NCBI GenBank assembly: GCA_963749495.1
Contig: CAVVMW010000006.1
Span: forward strand, 384,001 to 448,000
Length of the DNA stretch: 64,000 nucleotides
Reading direction: 5' to 3'
From: an uncultured bacterium
GTDB lineage: Bacteria; Verrucomicrobiota; Verrucomicrobiia; Limisphaerales; UBA8199
Made by a program: the position numbers and the translations under genes. The notes beneath the pieces were generated by a model, which ran no database searches, was not told the origin of the DNA, and worked only from the letters and a program-made list of their open reading frames with translations. Positions within the stretch are counted from its first letter, which is position 1. The number at the start of each line of letters is the position of its first letter. This document shows, piece by piece, positions 9,942 through 21,031 of this stretch.

Positions 9942-11493
9942 CTATTTTGGGCGCTCGACGGCCCAAAGCCAGCCGCCGGCGGTGGCCAGGTAGAGAGTGC
10001 CGTTGGCCACCACGGGGGAGGCGAAAATCCTCGAGGCCGAGGTTGACGCGATCCAGGACATCGAGGGCCTTGCCCGCCTTCAAGACCCAGAGATACTTGG
10101 CCGTGGGCATGTACACCCTGCCGTCAGCCACCAGGGTGGAGGCCCACGTCTCGGATTGGGTCTCGTGTACCCAATAGCATTTTCCCGTGGCCGCATCGAG
10201 GCAGTGCAGCCGGCCCGCCACGTCCGAGATATAGGCCAGGCCATCCGCCACCGAGGCTGTCGAAAGCGTCCGGTCCAGCCCTTGGTAAAGCCACACGCGG
10301 CCCGAGAGCGTGAGGTCTCCGCTCCCGCTGGCGTCAATGCAGTGCATGGCGCCGCGCCCGCGGCCGTGCTCGGGGTCGCGCCCCAGGGCAACATAGATGC
10401 GGTCGTTGAACAACACGGGCGTGCCGATGATCTCGCTCATCCCCACGAACGTCCCATCATGCAGGTTGAGCGTGCCCTTGACCCGCTTGTCTCCCAGGCA
10501 ATAGTAGGTGACCGGCTCGTCGCCCGCTGTGGCCTTGTATTCCGGCGGAATGCAGTCATACCACCAGATCGTCTTCAACCGGACCGGCTGCTCCGGCACG
10601 GACGCCAGTGCCGCCAGGGCATAACAGCAGCCATCGCCGGCCCCGAAAAACAGCAGCTTCCGCCCGCCCACCGTTCCCAGCGAGAGCGACGACCATTGCC
10701 CATGGAGCAGGCGGTGCGCCAGGCGCAGGTCATCGGTGGCCACCAGCCGCCCGGTGCGCTTGTCCAGGACGAGAACGTTGGGCGCGTCGGGGGCCGGGAA
10801 TTTGCGGTCCTTTTCCTTTTCCGGTTCGCTGAACGAATTGCGGTCGATGCCGTTGGACGTTGTCACGTAAAGCAAATCGCCGTCGATGACCGGCGAGCCG
10901 TTGGCCGTGTCGCAGGGAAAGACGCCCGCCCTCTCCTGCATGTCGAAGGTCCAGATGGTGCGCGCCTCCCCCGGCTCCGTCCCGGAGGGCGGGTTGACGT
11001 CCAGGCACACGACCTCGAAGCGCTGGCTCACGAAATAGACGCGCCCGCCATCGATCGCCGCCGTCGAGCAGACGCCCATCTGCGGCGGGATTTCGTGGAT
11101 GCCCAGGTTAAAGCCATCAATGTCCTTCGGGAATTTCTTCGGGGGCGCCTTCCATTTCCAGAGGAGCTTTCCGGTCGCCGCCTCCAGGCAAGCGAAGATC
11201 CCGTTGCCCTGCTCCATGCCGCCCACAAAAACCTTTCCTTGGGCGATGGAAGGTGTGGAATAAAGCGCGTTGCCGAGCTTGATTCCCCACCGGACGTTTC
11301 GGGCCGTGGCCGGATCGATCGTGCCGTCAGCCCTCTTTTCCCCCGGCGCAAACGAGTCGGGCAGGCCCTGTTCCGACGAAACCATGTTCTTGGCATCGGA
11401 CCCCGCCCATTGGGGCCAGTCGCCGGCGCGCACGGCGTGCGCGGCGCAGGTCAGGATGACGAGGCAGTAGAACACGAAGGCGCAACGGCGCAT
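9942..11493 (-). CDS. PQQ-binding-like beta-propeller protein, apparent frameshift near 10036
   Basis: Signal peptide, DWPQWAG and repeated CLDAATGK-W motifs. The C-terminus (IFASPVVANGTLYL...WAVERPK*) is in the adjacent frame. Confidence 0.85.
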
Positions 11494-11561
11494 GCAGAGA
11501 GCATACCCCGTCTTCTCTGCACCGCGATAGTCCAAATTGCTCGCGGCCTGCGAAGGTTCTT

Positions 11562-11680
11562 ACCGCGGATTTCACGGATGACACGGATTCTTTTCCATCC
11601 GTGTTATCCGTGTAATCCGTGGTCCATTCCACTTTGGGTTGCGGCTGCGCTTCTCTGCGTTCTTTGCGTCTCTGCGGTTT
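11562..11680. repeat. Nonamer-period repeats (ACGGAT.. / ATCCGT.. inverted pair, then CTCTGCGTT-type units)
   Basis: accgcggatttcacggatgacacggat...atccgtgttatccgtgtaatccgtggt, then ctctgcgttctttgcgtctctgcgg. Confidence 0.85.
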
Positions 11681-11771
11681 CATTGCCCGTCCGAACCAGC
11701 CTGGTGTCCCCGTCCGCACCATCTGTCGGTGTCCCTGTTTCTGGTGTTGTCGGCCCATGAGCTGAAGAGAC

Positions 11772-12318
11772 TCAGTGGCCCGCAGGCTTCCCCCAGGCCG
11801 GCTCGATCTTGTCCAGCGCCTCTATGGCCGCCTGACGGAGATTCAAGTTCCTGCACGTCGCGTGAGTCTCGGCCGATGGTGCCGGCCGCTATTCGGGCGA
11901 TTCTCCTCAGCATGGGATCCTGGTCCCGAAGAGCCGTTCTTATGAGTGATGGCAGCGCCGATTTTGCCTCCGGCCCGAACCCCAGCAAGCCGGCAATCGC
12001 GTTTTCCCTGATGTGACTTGTGGGAATCGGCTCCCATCGGGCGAGGCGTTGTTTAGCACGGGCGGGTAGTTTGCCCCACAAACTCGACCACGCCCTGGTC
12101 CAGGGAGTATCCCTCTTGCCGAGCGCCGCAATCAGATACGGGATCGCTTCCGGCCCAACCCAGGCAAGCCCGGTCTCCAATTGCCCGCGATTGGCAGTCC
12201 TGATCCAGCGGCTAATCTTGATCCCTTTATAGGCCGGCTCCGATTTCCCTGGCAGCAGGAGATAAAGACCACAAATGGCCACCACGACAGCCGCTCCGTA
12301 GAGGAGTGCCTTTTTCAT
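11772..12318 (-). pseudogene. Membrane-anchored HEAT-repeat protein, frameshifted or internally deleted near 11845
   Basis: TM helix plus EPAYKGIKISRW, GPEAIPYLI and GPEAKSALPSL. The typical tail NLRQAAIEALDKIEP lies in another frame. Confidence 0.65.
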
Positions 12319-13937
12319 TTGCCGGTTTGGGCGTCCCGCTGATCGGTCCCATTAAGGGCGCGCAGCGCCCTGTTCGCCGCGTGTCGAGCGGCCACGGAAA
12401 ACGTGCGCACGCGCTCGATGCTTGGAACGGCTGCTTTCGCCGCGGGTCCCATTTCCTCCATCGCCTCCAGTGCGTGGACCAGTTCCCTATCGGTTCCTTG
12501 TCGGTCCGCGTAGTAGGTGGAGGGGCGCTGGCGCAAGCCGCGGGCTGAGTATTCGGGCGCCTCGGTGGAATCGAGCACAGCGACGAGGGTCGGCAGGCTC
12601 CTCTTTGGGTCGCGGCTGATTCGCCAGATGGCCTGGGCCGCCGCGATGCGCATCCACGAACTCCGGTCCTGGAGCCGCCGCTCCAGCGCGGGCAGTGCTT
12701 CCACCGCGGTCCTGCCCAGCTCACCGCACAAAATGGCGGCGGCTTCAGTTCCACCGAGCATCATGCCGGGCGTCGCCTCCTGGCGGGCCCCCCACATCAG
12801 TCCAGCTTTCCCCATGCCATGCGATTCGCTTTCCAGGCCCGCCAGCAGAATCGGAATGGCTTCTTGAACCGGTCCTCCAACCCTCACCTGCGCCGCCGCG
12901 GCAACCAGGCGGAGGTTTAGATCGCTGTTCGTGAGCAGCGGCGTGATTGCGGGCAACGCGGGTTTTGCCTCCGGGCCGATGGCCTGCAAGGCGCGAAGTA
13001 TGTCGACCACGAGGGCCGCCTGCCCGCCCGCCGCGACCCGGTCTCCAGTCGGCTTGCCCAACACCAGCCGTTCTGCGCTCTCCTCTCGCAGGCGGGCTGC
13101 CAGGGCAGGGACCGCTTCCGAGGCCACCGGCCCCAGACGCTGGAAAGCCAGGAGCACGTCATGTAGATTTCCCCCGGCCTCGAACAACTTGACGATCTCG
13201 GGTATTGCCGGACGGGCAGCCTCCCCGCAAAATCCCAGGGCCTCCACTACGGGCTCCAGCACCGCCGGCTGCACGGGTCGGGACCGCAAGCTCGTCACCT
13301 CGGCAAGCAGATAAGGAACAGCGGCGGGGACGGGCACCCGGGGCATTTGCAGATACAGGGCCAAGTCCCGGCGAGCGAAATGGTTCGTCTGTTCCCACTC
13401 GGCACGCCAAAGCTCGAAAGTCTCCGGGGCTTGCGGCGCAACATTCAATGCGGCCACCAGGGCAACCCCCCGGACCATCAGATTCGTCTCGATCCGCGCG
13501 AGAGCCAGGATGTCCGGCAGGGCCGCCCCGGCTTCTCGGCCCAGGAACTCAAGCCCCATCAGGGCCGTGCGCCGCACCTGCCAGTCGGGCAGGGGCTGCC
13601 GGCCCTGCAAGATCCACGGAAGACGATTCCACCGATCCAGCCTCGACTGGAAATCTCGCGGCGATTCCGGCTGCTGGCGAAGCAAACCCACCAAGTGGGG
13701 GACGACGTTTGTGCCGAGCTTCGCCACCAGATCACGACGCATTTGGGAATTGAAATCAGGATTGCGCGCAATCCACTCCCGGAACGGCAGGCCATCTACC
13801 TTGAACCCCTCCGTCCGAGTAGAAAACCAGACCCACACGATCGCCCCTGCCGCGACCGCGACGAACAGGCCCGCCCAAAGCACCCGCAGCCATGCCAACT
13901 GCCGTTTCCTTCCGGATTCCTGGTCCATTCCGGGCAT
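12315..13937 (-). CDS. Membrane-anchored HEAT-repeat protein
   Basis: TM helix and repeated LGPxAxxAVPxL motifs. Confidence 0.82.
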   Translation of the reverse strand: MPGMDQESGRKRQLAWLRVLWAGLFVAVAAGAIVWVWFSTRTEGFKVDGLPFREWIARNPDFNSQMRRDLVAKLGTNVVPHLVGLLRQQPESPRDFQSRLDRWNRLPWILQGRQPLPDWQVRRTALMGLEFLGREAGAALPDILALARIETNLMVRGVALVAALNVAPQAPETFELWRAEWEQTNHFARRDLALYLQMPRVPVPAAVPYLLAEVTSLRSRPVQPAVLEPVVEALGFCGEAARPAIPEIVKLFEAGGNLHDVLLAFQRLGPVASEAVPALAARLREESAERLVLGKPTGDRVAAGGQAALVVDILRALQAIGPEAKPALPAITPLLTNSDLNLRLVAAAAQVRVGGPVQEAIPILLAGLESESHGMGKAGLMWGARQEATPGMMLGGTEAAAILCGELGRTAVEALPALERRLQDRSSWMRIAAAQAIWRISRDPKRSLPTLVAVLDSTEAPEYSARGLRQRPSTYYADRQGTDRELVHALEAMEEMGPAAKAAVPSIERVRTFSVAARHAANRALRALNGTDQRDAQTGK

Positions 13938-14085
13938 GGCATATCAAACACCCATCGGTTCGGCAAGTTCCATGCACAGGCTCCCGGCGCTGTTGGAGGG
14001 ATACCAGGGCCCACAACAGGCGCATCCCGCCTTTGTCGGTCTTCGACAAGCCGGACAACTGGAGCGTGCCATCGGGAGGTCCGCA

Positions 14086-14168
14086 AGGTTTTGGACTGCG
14101 CCAGTCCTCTGGCGCTTTCGCGTCCCCAGGGTCCGAAAAGCGGCAGAGGACTGCCGCAGTCCAAAACG
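14086..14168. repeat. REP-like hairpin (TTTTGGACTGCG...CGCAGTCCAAAA)
   Basis: Imperfect inverted repeat read directly; a related half-site lies at about 8407-8440. Confidence 0.8.
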
Positions 14169-14295
14169 CTTCGCGAATTCGGACATGCACTCCAATCGAC
14201 CTTCGACCAGGAATGACGCGATGCGAAGGCAAGACGGATCATTCGATTCTGCGGTATTGATTGGGGCGCCCAAGCAAGGCAGAATGGCCTGGCGT

Positions 14296-15234
14296 ATGAA
14301 CACGCCATTCAATTATCGCACCTCCCGCCGCGAATTTCTCAGGGCCTCCGTCCTGGCTGGCGGGGCGCTGGCGACGCTGGCGCCTTTTGGTTTTTCGGCC
14401 GCGCCGGCCCCAGAGGCAGCTTCCGCGTCCCCAACGCGCAAACTCAAGAAGGGCATCATGTGGGGCACAGTGGGTCTGCCGGGCACGGTGCTGGAGAAGA
14501 TGAGGGCGATCAAGGAGGCGGGCTTCGAGGGCACGGAAATGAACAGCCACATGGACCAGGAGGAGGTGCTGCGGGCGCGCGACCAGACCGGGTTGGTCAT
14601 CCCGAGCGTTTGCGGCATCCGCCACTGGAACAAGCCGCTTTCGGACCCCGACCCGAAGGTGCGGGCGGAGGGCCTGGAGGCGCTCCAACAAACGTTGCGC
14701 GACGCCAAGCGCTACGGGGCCTCCTCGGTGCTGCTCGTGCCGGCAGTGGTGACCAAGCAAGTCAGCTACACCGATGCCTGGACGCGGTCGCGGGCCGAAA
14801 TCAGCAAGGCCATTCCGCTGGCATCCGAGCTGGGGGTGAAGATCGCCATCGAAAACGTCGGCAACCAATTTCTGCTCAGCCCGCTGGAAGCGGCGCGTTA
14901 CGTGGATGAATTCAAAAGCCCGTTCGTGGGCTGGCATTTCGACGTGGGCAACTGTCTCGGTCTCGGCGGCTGGCCGGAGCAGTGGATTCGAATTCTGGGC
15001 AACCGCATCCAGAAGCTCCACATCAAGGAATTCAGCCGCAAGCGGCGCAATGAATCGCAGCCCAAAGGGCCGCCCGTGGCACTGTTGGAAGGCGACAACG
15101 ATTGGCCGGCGGTGATGAGAGCGGTGGATGAGATTGGCTACACCGGCTGGGCGATTACCGAGCAGCCCGGAGGAGACACCCGCGACGGATTGAGAGACCT
15201 GGCGCAGCGGCTGGGAAGGATACTGGCCTGTTAG
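14296..15234 (+). CDS. Tat-exported sugar-phosphate isomerase/epimerase (xylose-isomerase-like TIM barrel)
   Basis: SRREFL Tat motif, IAIENV, HFDVGN and KLHIKEF. Confidence 0.88.
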   Translation: MNTPFNYRTSRREFLRASVLAGGALATLAPFGFSAAPAPEAASASPTRKLKKGIMWGTVGLPGTVLEKMRAIKEAGFEGTEMNSHMDQEEVLRARDQTGLVIPSVCGIRHWNKPLSDPDPKVRAEGLEALQQTLRDAKRYGASSVLLVPAVVTKQVSYTDAWTRSRAEISKAIPLASELGVKIAIENVGNQFLLSPLEAARYVDEFKSPFVGWHFDVGNCLGLGGWPEQWIRILGNRIQKLHIKEFSRKRRNESQPKGPPVALLEGDNDWPAVMRAVDEIGYTGWAITEQPGGDTRDGLRDLAQRLGRILAC

Positions 15235-15244
15235 ACGCGATACG

Positions 15245-16265
15245 ATGAAGACGTTGAGCAAACGCGAGGTGGTTCGATCGGTGGTCGAGGGCAAGCGGCC
15301 GCCCTACGTGCCATGGCACTTCCAGTTCACCAAGGAACCCTGGGAAATGCTCCTGGCCCATTTCGGCGGCGAGGAGGCGGCCGAACGCGCCCTGGACAAT
15401 CACATCCTCGAACTCGGCTCGGCCATCGGCTTTTTCGACGACCTCGGACGCGACCGCGCGCGCGACGTGTTCGGCGTCGTGTGGGACCGCACCGTGGACA
15501 AGGACATTGGGATCGTCGAAGGCTGCGTGCTGCCGGAGCCTTCGCTCGCCGGCTACCGCTTCCCCAATCCGCTGGACCCGCGCTTCTTTGCCGACATCCC
15601 GGCCAAGCTCGCCCTCTACCCGGATCGGTTCCGCGTCTTTTATCTCGGGTTCTCCCTCTTCGAGCGCGCCTGGACCTTGCGGGGCATGGAGAATCTGCTG
15701 CTCGACTTCATCGAGCATCCCGGCTTCGTCCGCGAACTGTTCGCGGCCATCACCGACTACAACCTCGCTCAGGTCCGGGCCGCGCTGCGCTACGACATCG
15801 ATGCCGTCTATTTCGGCGACGACTGGGGCCAGCAACACGGCTTGATCATGGGCAAACCGCACTGGGACCGGTTCATCAAGCCGCAGCTTGAGCGGCTCTA
15901 CCGCCTGGTGCGCGGCGCCGGCAAGCTCCAGATGATCCACTCCTGCGGCGACGTGGACGAGCTGTTCGACGACCTCATCGCGCTGGGCCTGAACTGTTTC
16001 AATCCCTTTCAGCCAGAGGTCATGGATACCGGGGCGCTGCTGCGGAAGTACCGCGGCCGGGCTCGCCTTTCATGGCGGCCTCTCGACGCAACTCACCTTG
16101 CCGCGCGGCACGGAAGAAGAAGTCCGGCAGGAATCCCGGCGCTTGCTCGCCCTGGGCGCCGAAGGCGGCTACATCTTCGCGCCGGCCTACGCCGTGGAGA
16201 GCGACGTGCCCGCGGCAAACATATTCGCCTTCATCGAGGAGGCGCAGGCGCAAAGAAAAGGGTAG
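15245..16265 (+). CDS. Uroporphyrinogen decarboxylase-family (methyltransferase-like) protein, +1 frameshift near 16058
   Basis: FERAWTLRGMENLL, GDDWGQQ, HSCGDV and NPFQPEVMD. The tail FHGGLSTQ...GGYIFAP is in the next frame, and the copy at 21032 lacks the extra G. Confidence 0.85.
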
Positions 16266-16273
16266 CCAGATTA

Positions 16274-16431
16274 GACGGTGGAAATAAATGAAGGTAGCAA
16301 CCTGCCTTGTTGTTTTGCCACGCAGCTTCGTTGTTCACTCGTTGCAGATCACTGGATATGCGCCTCGTTCACGCCTCGCTGGGCGCCAAAATCCCGGCGG
16401 CATCTTGCCAGCTTTATTTATTTCCACCGTC
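16274..16431. mobile_element. 158-bp MITE with 16-bp TIR GACGGTGGAAATAAAT and TTA target duplication
   Basis: tta-gacggtggaaataaat ... atttatttccaccgtc-tta. Confidence 0.8.
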
Positions 16432-16445
16432 TTAGTGTCGGCCAT

Positions 16446-16628
16446 TTACAACCAGGTCCGGAGGTTGGCGCGGATCTGCCCGGCGACGCCGTCGGCTGGG
16501 TGGACATCCCGGAAGGTATCCAGGCCATCCGCCGTTCCAACGGCGAATACCTGGTCCTGGTGGAGGAGGATTGGAAATCCAAGATCCTCATGTATCAGTG
16601 GAAACCGGAGGCCTCCTCAGCCAGGTAG
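16446..16628 (+). pseudogene. Orphan C-terminal fragment of a hypothetical protein
   Basis: PGPEVG...GWVDIPEGIQAIRRSNGEYLVLVEEDWKSKILMYQW has protein-like composition and codon usage but no start; it begins right after the MITE. Confidence 0.5.
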
Positions 16629-16790
16629 CCGCCGAGCTGCTAAACTCGCCGGAGAACCGGACATTTAGCAACTTCCCCCCTTCATTTTCGCCTTCAACTG
16701 GCGATTTGCGGAAGAACCTGCCCCCTCAACCAGGCTGGCGCGATTTTGCTCTTTCAATGCCACCAGGGTTTCTGTAGAGGTCTTTTTGGC

Positions 16791-17030
16791 ATGGAAACTG
16801 AGCCTGCCACACCGACCTGCGCTCCGCCAGGTGTGCCGCCTCCTGGGCACGATCGCGCAGTGGTCACGTTGCTCTCTTCGGATGTGACGGAGTCCACTGC
16901 ACTCAAGCAGGCCCTGGGTGACCGTGCTGGAGTAGCCCCGCTCCAACAGCACCACGGGGACGTGCGCCGAGTGCTGCGGGACCTCGCAGGCGGAGAGGCG
17001 GCGGAGCGAAAGGAGGCTGGAGTGCAATGA
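16791..17030 (+). pseudogene. Truncated class III adenylate/guanylate cyclase N-terminal fragment
   Basis: VVTLLSSDVTESTALKQALGD...HHGDVRRVL...GGE matches the T-hh-F-x-D-h-x-x-S-T start of the cyclase domain, then stops before the GD motif. Confidence 0.6.
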
Positions 17031-20000
17031 ACCCGTCCCTCGAAGAAGCCCTTCTTGCCCTGGCGTTAATGAAACCGGCGGCGGAACGCGCAGCGTTTCT
17101 TGAACGTGAGTGCGGCGGCGATGCTGGTTTGCGGCGGCGCATCGAAGAGCTGCTGGCGGCCCACGACAGCCCGGATTCATTCCTCGAACCGCAGGCGGCG
17201 GCGCCAGCCACCGAGACCGCGCTTGTGCCGCCAGAGGAAGGCCCCGGCACCCAGATCGGCCGCTACAAGATCCTCGAAAAGATCGGGGAAGGCGGGTTTG
17301 GGGTCGTCTATGTGGCCGAACAGCGGGAGCCGGTCAAGCGGCGGGTGGCCCTCAAGATCATCAAGCTGGGGATGGACACCCGGCAGGTGGTGGCGCGGTT
17401 CGAGGCGGAGCGCCAGGCGCTGGCGCTGATGGATCATCCGAACATCGCCAAGGTGCTCGATGCGGGGGCGACGGAGAGCCCTCACCCGGCCTCCGGCCAC
17501 CCTCTCCCATCCGATGGGAGAGGGGCTGGGGGTGAGGGCGGCCTTCAGTACCTCCCCGCCGGCCGCCCCTATTTCGTGATGGAGTTGGTGAAAGGGATTC
17601 CGATTACCAAGTACCTGCGACCAGGAAAAGCTGGGGACGCGGGAGCGGCTGGATTTGTTCATCCAGGTCTGTCACGCGATTCAGCACGCGCACCAGAAGG
17701 GGATCATCCATCGAGACATTAAGCCCTCGAACATCCTGGTGACGCTGCATGATGGGGTGCCGGTGCCGAAGGTGATTGACTTCGGCATCGCGAAGGCCAC
17801 GCAGCAGGAGCTGACGGAGAAGACCGTCTATACGCAGTTCCAGCAGTTCATCGGGACGCCAGCCTACATGAGCCCGGAGCAGGCTGAGATGAGCGGGCTG
17901 GACATTGATACGCGCAGTGACATTTACAGCCTGGGGGTGCTGCTTTACGAGCTGCTGACCGGGAGCACGCCGTTCGACACGAAAGAGCTGCTCGAGTCAG
18001 GGCTGGATGGAATGCGCAAGATCATCCGGGAACGCCAACCGGTGCGCCCTTCGACTCGGCTGCGTCAAACCGCTCTCGCGTCGTCGTGGTCTCCCCTCGC
18101 CCCTCGCCCCTCGCTCCTTCCCGCTGACCTCGACTGGATCGTGATGAAGTGCCTGGAGAAGGACCGGAGGCGGCGGTATGAGACGGCCAACGGCGTGGCG
18201 CTGGACATTGAGCGGCACCTCAAGCACGAGCCCGTGGTGGCCCGACCACCGAGCGCGGCCTACCGCGTCCAGAAGTTTGTCCGGCGCAATCGGCTGGCGG
18301 TAGCGGCAGGGAGTGCGGTGTTGGCCGCGCTCGTTGTTGGGTTGGGCCTGTCAACATGGCTGTTCTTCAGGGAACAGCACGCTCGGCGGCGCGCGGTGAC
18401 CGCCGAGCAGATGCAAAGCCAGTCGGCCCAGGAGGCCCAAGAGAACGCGACGAAAGCCCAATCCGAACGTGAGCAAGCGGAACTCAACGCCTATGCGGCA
18501 GATATGAACTTGGCACAGCAAGCCTTGCTGGCCGACGACCTGGGCAAAGCGCGATCGCTGCTCGACCGTTACCGACCCGGCTTGGGTCTGGAACGCTTGC
18601 GCGGTTTCGAGTGGCGATACCTTGCGGCACAGGCGGCGAGCGACTACGCCCTCAGTGATACGTCTTCCCCGCAAAGTGTTTTTTCTCTAGCCTTGTCTCC
18701 GGACGGACAGGTGCTGGCCGTCGGTCGGCAGAGGAGCGTCGAGTTGTGGGACCCGGCTTCGTTGAAGCGCATTGCCACGCTGGAGACAAACGTCATCAGT
18801 GCGTCTGGTTCGCTTGCGGTTGCGTTTTCGCTCACCGGCAGACTCCTTGCTGCGTCCGCGCCGCGTGTTGGCATCCGGCTTTGGCAACTCGAACCGCCGC
18901 GAATTGTCGGAGAGTTAGTTCATACCAACGGGGCAACATCCTTAAGCTTTTCGCCTGATGGCAAACACTTAGCCTCGATGGCGTTGGTGCACTGGAGCGC
19001 CCCCGTTGAATTGCGGTTGTGGGATCTGGAGAACCGCCGGACTGTGAGCCCTGACCGTCATTTTCCCCCCTCGGGTGAATATTCCAGAGTCTGTTTTTCT
19101 CCGGACGGACGCCACTTGGCCGTCGGCGGCGGTTCTGGCCGAATCACGATCCTGGATTGGGCTGCCGACCGCGTCCTGGTGGAGATCCAAGCCCACACTC
19201 AAGCGATCACGAGTCTGGCCTATTCGCCAGATGGCAAGCTGCTGGCCTCCGGAAGTTTCTTCTCAGCCGATGATATTCGGCTTTGGAATCCAGCCACCGG
19301 CGAACCCGCCGGCTCACTAGCGGGGGGCCACCACGGTTGGATTCCCGTCCTCCAGTTCTCCGCTGACGGCCAGCGGCTGTTTTCGGGCAGCGCTGATCAG
19401 ACGATCGGCATCTGGGATGTGCCGACACGCCGTTTGACGCGGAGACTCCGCGGTCACTTGGATGAGATTTACAGCCTTGTTTTTGATGCGGGCCGGACCA
19501 ACGTGATCACCGGGTGCAAAGACGGAACGCTGGCGCGCTGGGACATTGACCGGGTGCGGCAGCACGTGCTCCGGTTGGACCTCCCCGGAAACAACTGGTC
19601 GCCGGTTTTCGCTGGGAGTGGATCGTCCGTTGCGATGCTCCATGGGCAGGGTGCCGTGGCTCTCTGGCACACCAATGACCCCCAAAGGCTCTCGGTGATT
19701 GCCGCCCTTGGCACCGATAACACCGCGCTGGCCACAGCCTTGGGCCGCAGGCTTCTGGCTTGCGCAAACCCTACGGGCTCAATCCGGATCTGGTCACTGC
19801 AATCGTCCAGCCTGGTCACCAACCTCGTGGGCCACGGGGTGGGGGTCGACGGCCTGTGGTTCTCCAGGGGGGAGGACTTCCTGCTGGCGTGGAGTTCGTC
19901 ATGGATTTCGTCAGGCCGCCTGGCTACGATTTGGGATGCAAACACCTGGAGTAGGCGCTTTTCCATTACGGAGACCAACGGCCCCGGCGCCGGCTGCGCC

Positions 20001-20483
20001 GCCTTATCGCCCGACGGGCGTCTGCTTGTCCGGGGGTTGGAGGACGGCCGGGTCGAGTGGTGGGATGCCGTCCGTGGCCATCGACTGGAGCAAATCCCCT
20101 GTCACCGCCAAGGTGTGCGTGGGCTGGACTTCTCTCCGGACGGGAGCACCTTGGCCTCCGCCAGCCAGGACGGCACGGTTGCGCTTTGGGACGTCAGGAC
20201 CCGCCGTTGCACGGCCCACTGGAAGGCCGGTTTGCTGGGCATTCATGGTGTGGCCTTCTCGCCCGACGGCGCCCGGCTGGCGACGGTGCTCGGCGGCGGA
20301 AACGGGGCGCGGCTGTGGGATTTGAGGACTCGGCGGGAGTTGCTCACGGTGGAAGCGCCGCGCGGCGAGTTTTCAGTAGCGAAATTCTCGCCGGACGGTG
20401 GCGCGTTGCTATGCGGATCAGGTGGCGGCCACTGCTACCTGTGGCCGGTGCCTTCCTTTGCCGAACTTGACGCCGCACATTGA
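17027..20483 (+). CDS. Ser/Thr protein kinase with TM helix and C-terminal WD40 repeats, frameshift near 17614
   Basis: [31 protein letters not shown] and [10 protein letters not shown], followed by many FSPDG...LWD repeats. Confidence 0.92.
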
Positions 20484-20527
20484 AGGCAGAGTGGCGGTAA
20501 TCCCGGACGAAAGTAACGGGCCGCGCC

Positions 20528-20680
20528 TGCTCGCTCAGGGCGGATGAGGTAGGGTCTTCGACCGCGTGGCGTTTTCCCCCGTAGCAACTGGCTGATAGCA
20601 CGGGGTGCCTTGCATAGCCACCTCCGCCTCTGGCGCGCGCCATCTTGGGAGGAGATCGCGGCGGCGAAGAAGGCCACGGA
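20528..20680 (+). pseudogene. Degenerate orphan C-terminus of a second WD40 protein
   Basis: GRVFDRVAFSP / SNWLIARGALHSHLRLWRAPSWEEIAAAKK (one stop, one shift) parallels the kinase tail AKFSPDG...YLWPVPSFAELDAAH. Confidence 0.55.
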
Positions 20681-21013
20681 AGTAAATCGGGGTCACGGAA
20701 GTAAATCGGGGTCACGAAGTAAATCGGGGTCAGTCACGAAGTAAATCGGTAAATCGGGGTCACATCTATACTTTTTTACAATGTGACTCCGGGTCACGAA
20801 ATGCTCCCGATCAGCCCCGCACTTTCGCACTTTCCCGCTTTCTGATTCCAGGAAATCGTAAATCGGGGTCACATCTAAGGAAATCGTAAATCGGTAAATC
20901 GGTAAATCGGTAAATCGGGGTCACATCTATACTTTTTTACAATGTGACTCCGGGTCACGAAATGCTCCCGATCAGCCCCGCACTTTCGCATTTTCCCGCT
21001 TTCTGATTCCAGG
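20675..21013. repeat. Stuttered GTAAATCGG(GGTCAC) array with two copies of a 104-bp unit
   Basis: About 10 GTAAATCGG copies; the unit gtaaatcggggtcacatctatac...ctgattccagga occurs at about 20749 and 20910. Confidence 0.9.
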
Positions 21014-21031
21014 AGGCCAGCATGTGCGCCG

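Noticed and set aside
13510..14295. Long N-terminal extension of the isomerase ORF
   Set aside because: It overlaps the opposite-strand HEAT gene and a REP; the Tat signal places the start at 14296.
20675..21013. Possible CRISPR array
   Set aside because: No constant-length repeat with unique spacers, and no cas genes in the window.
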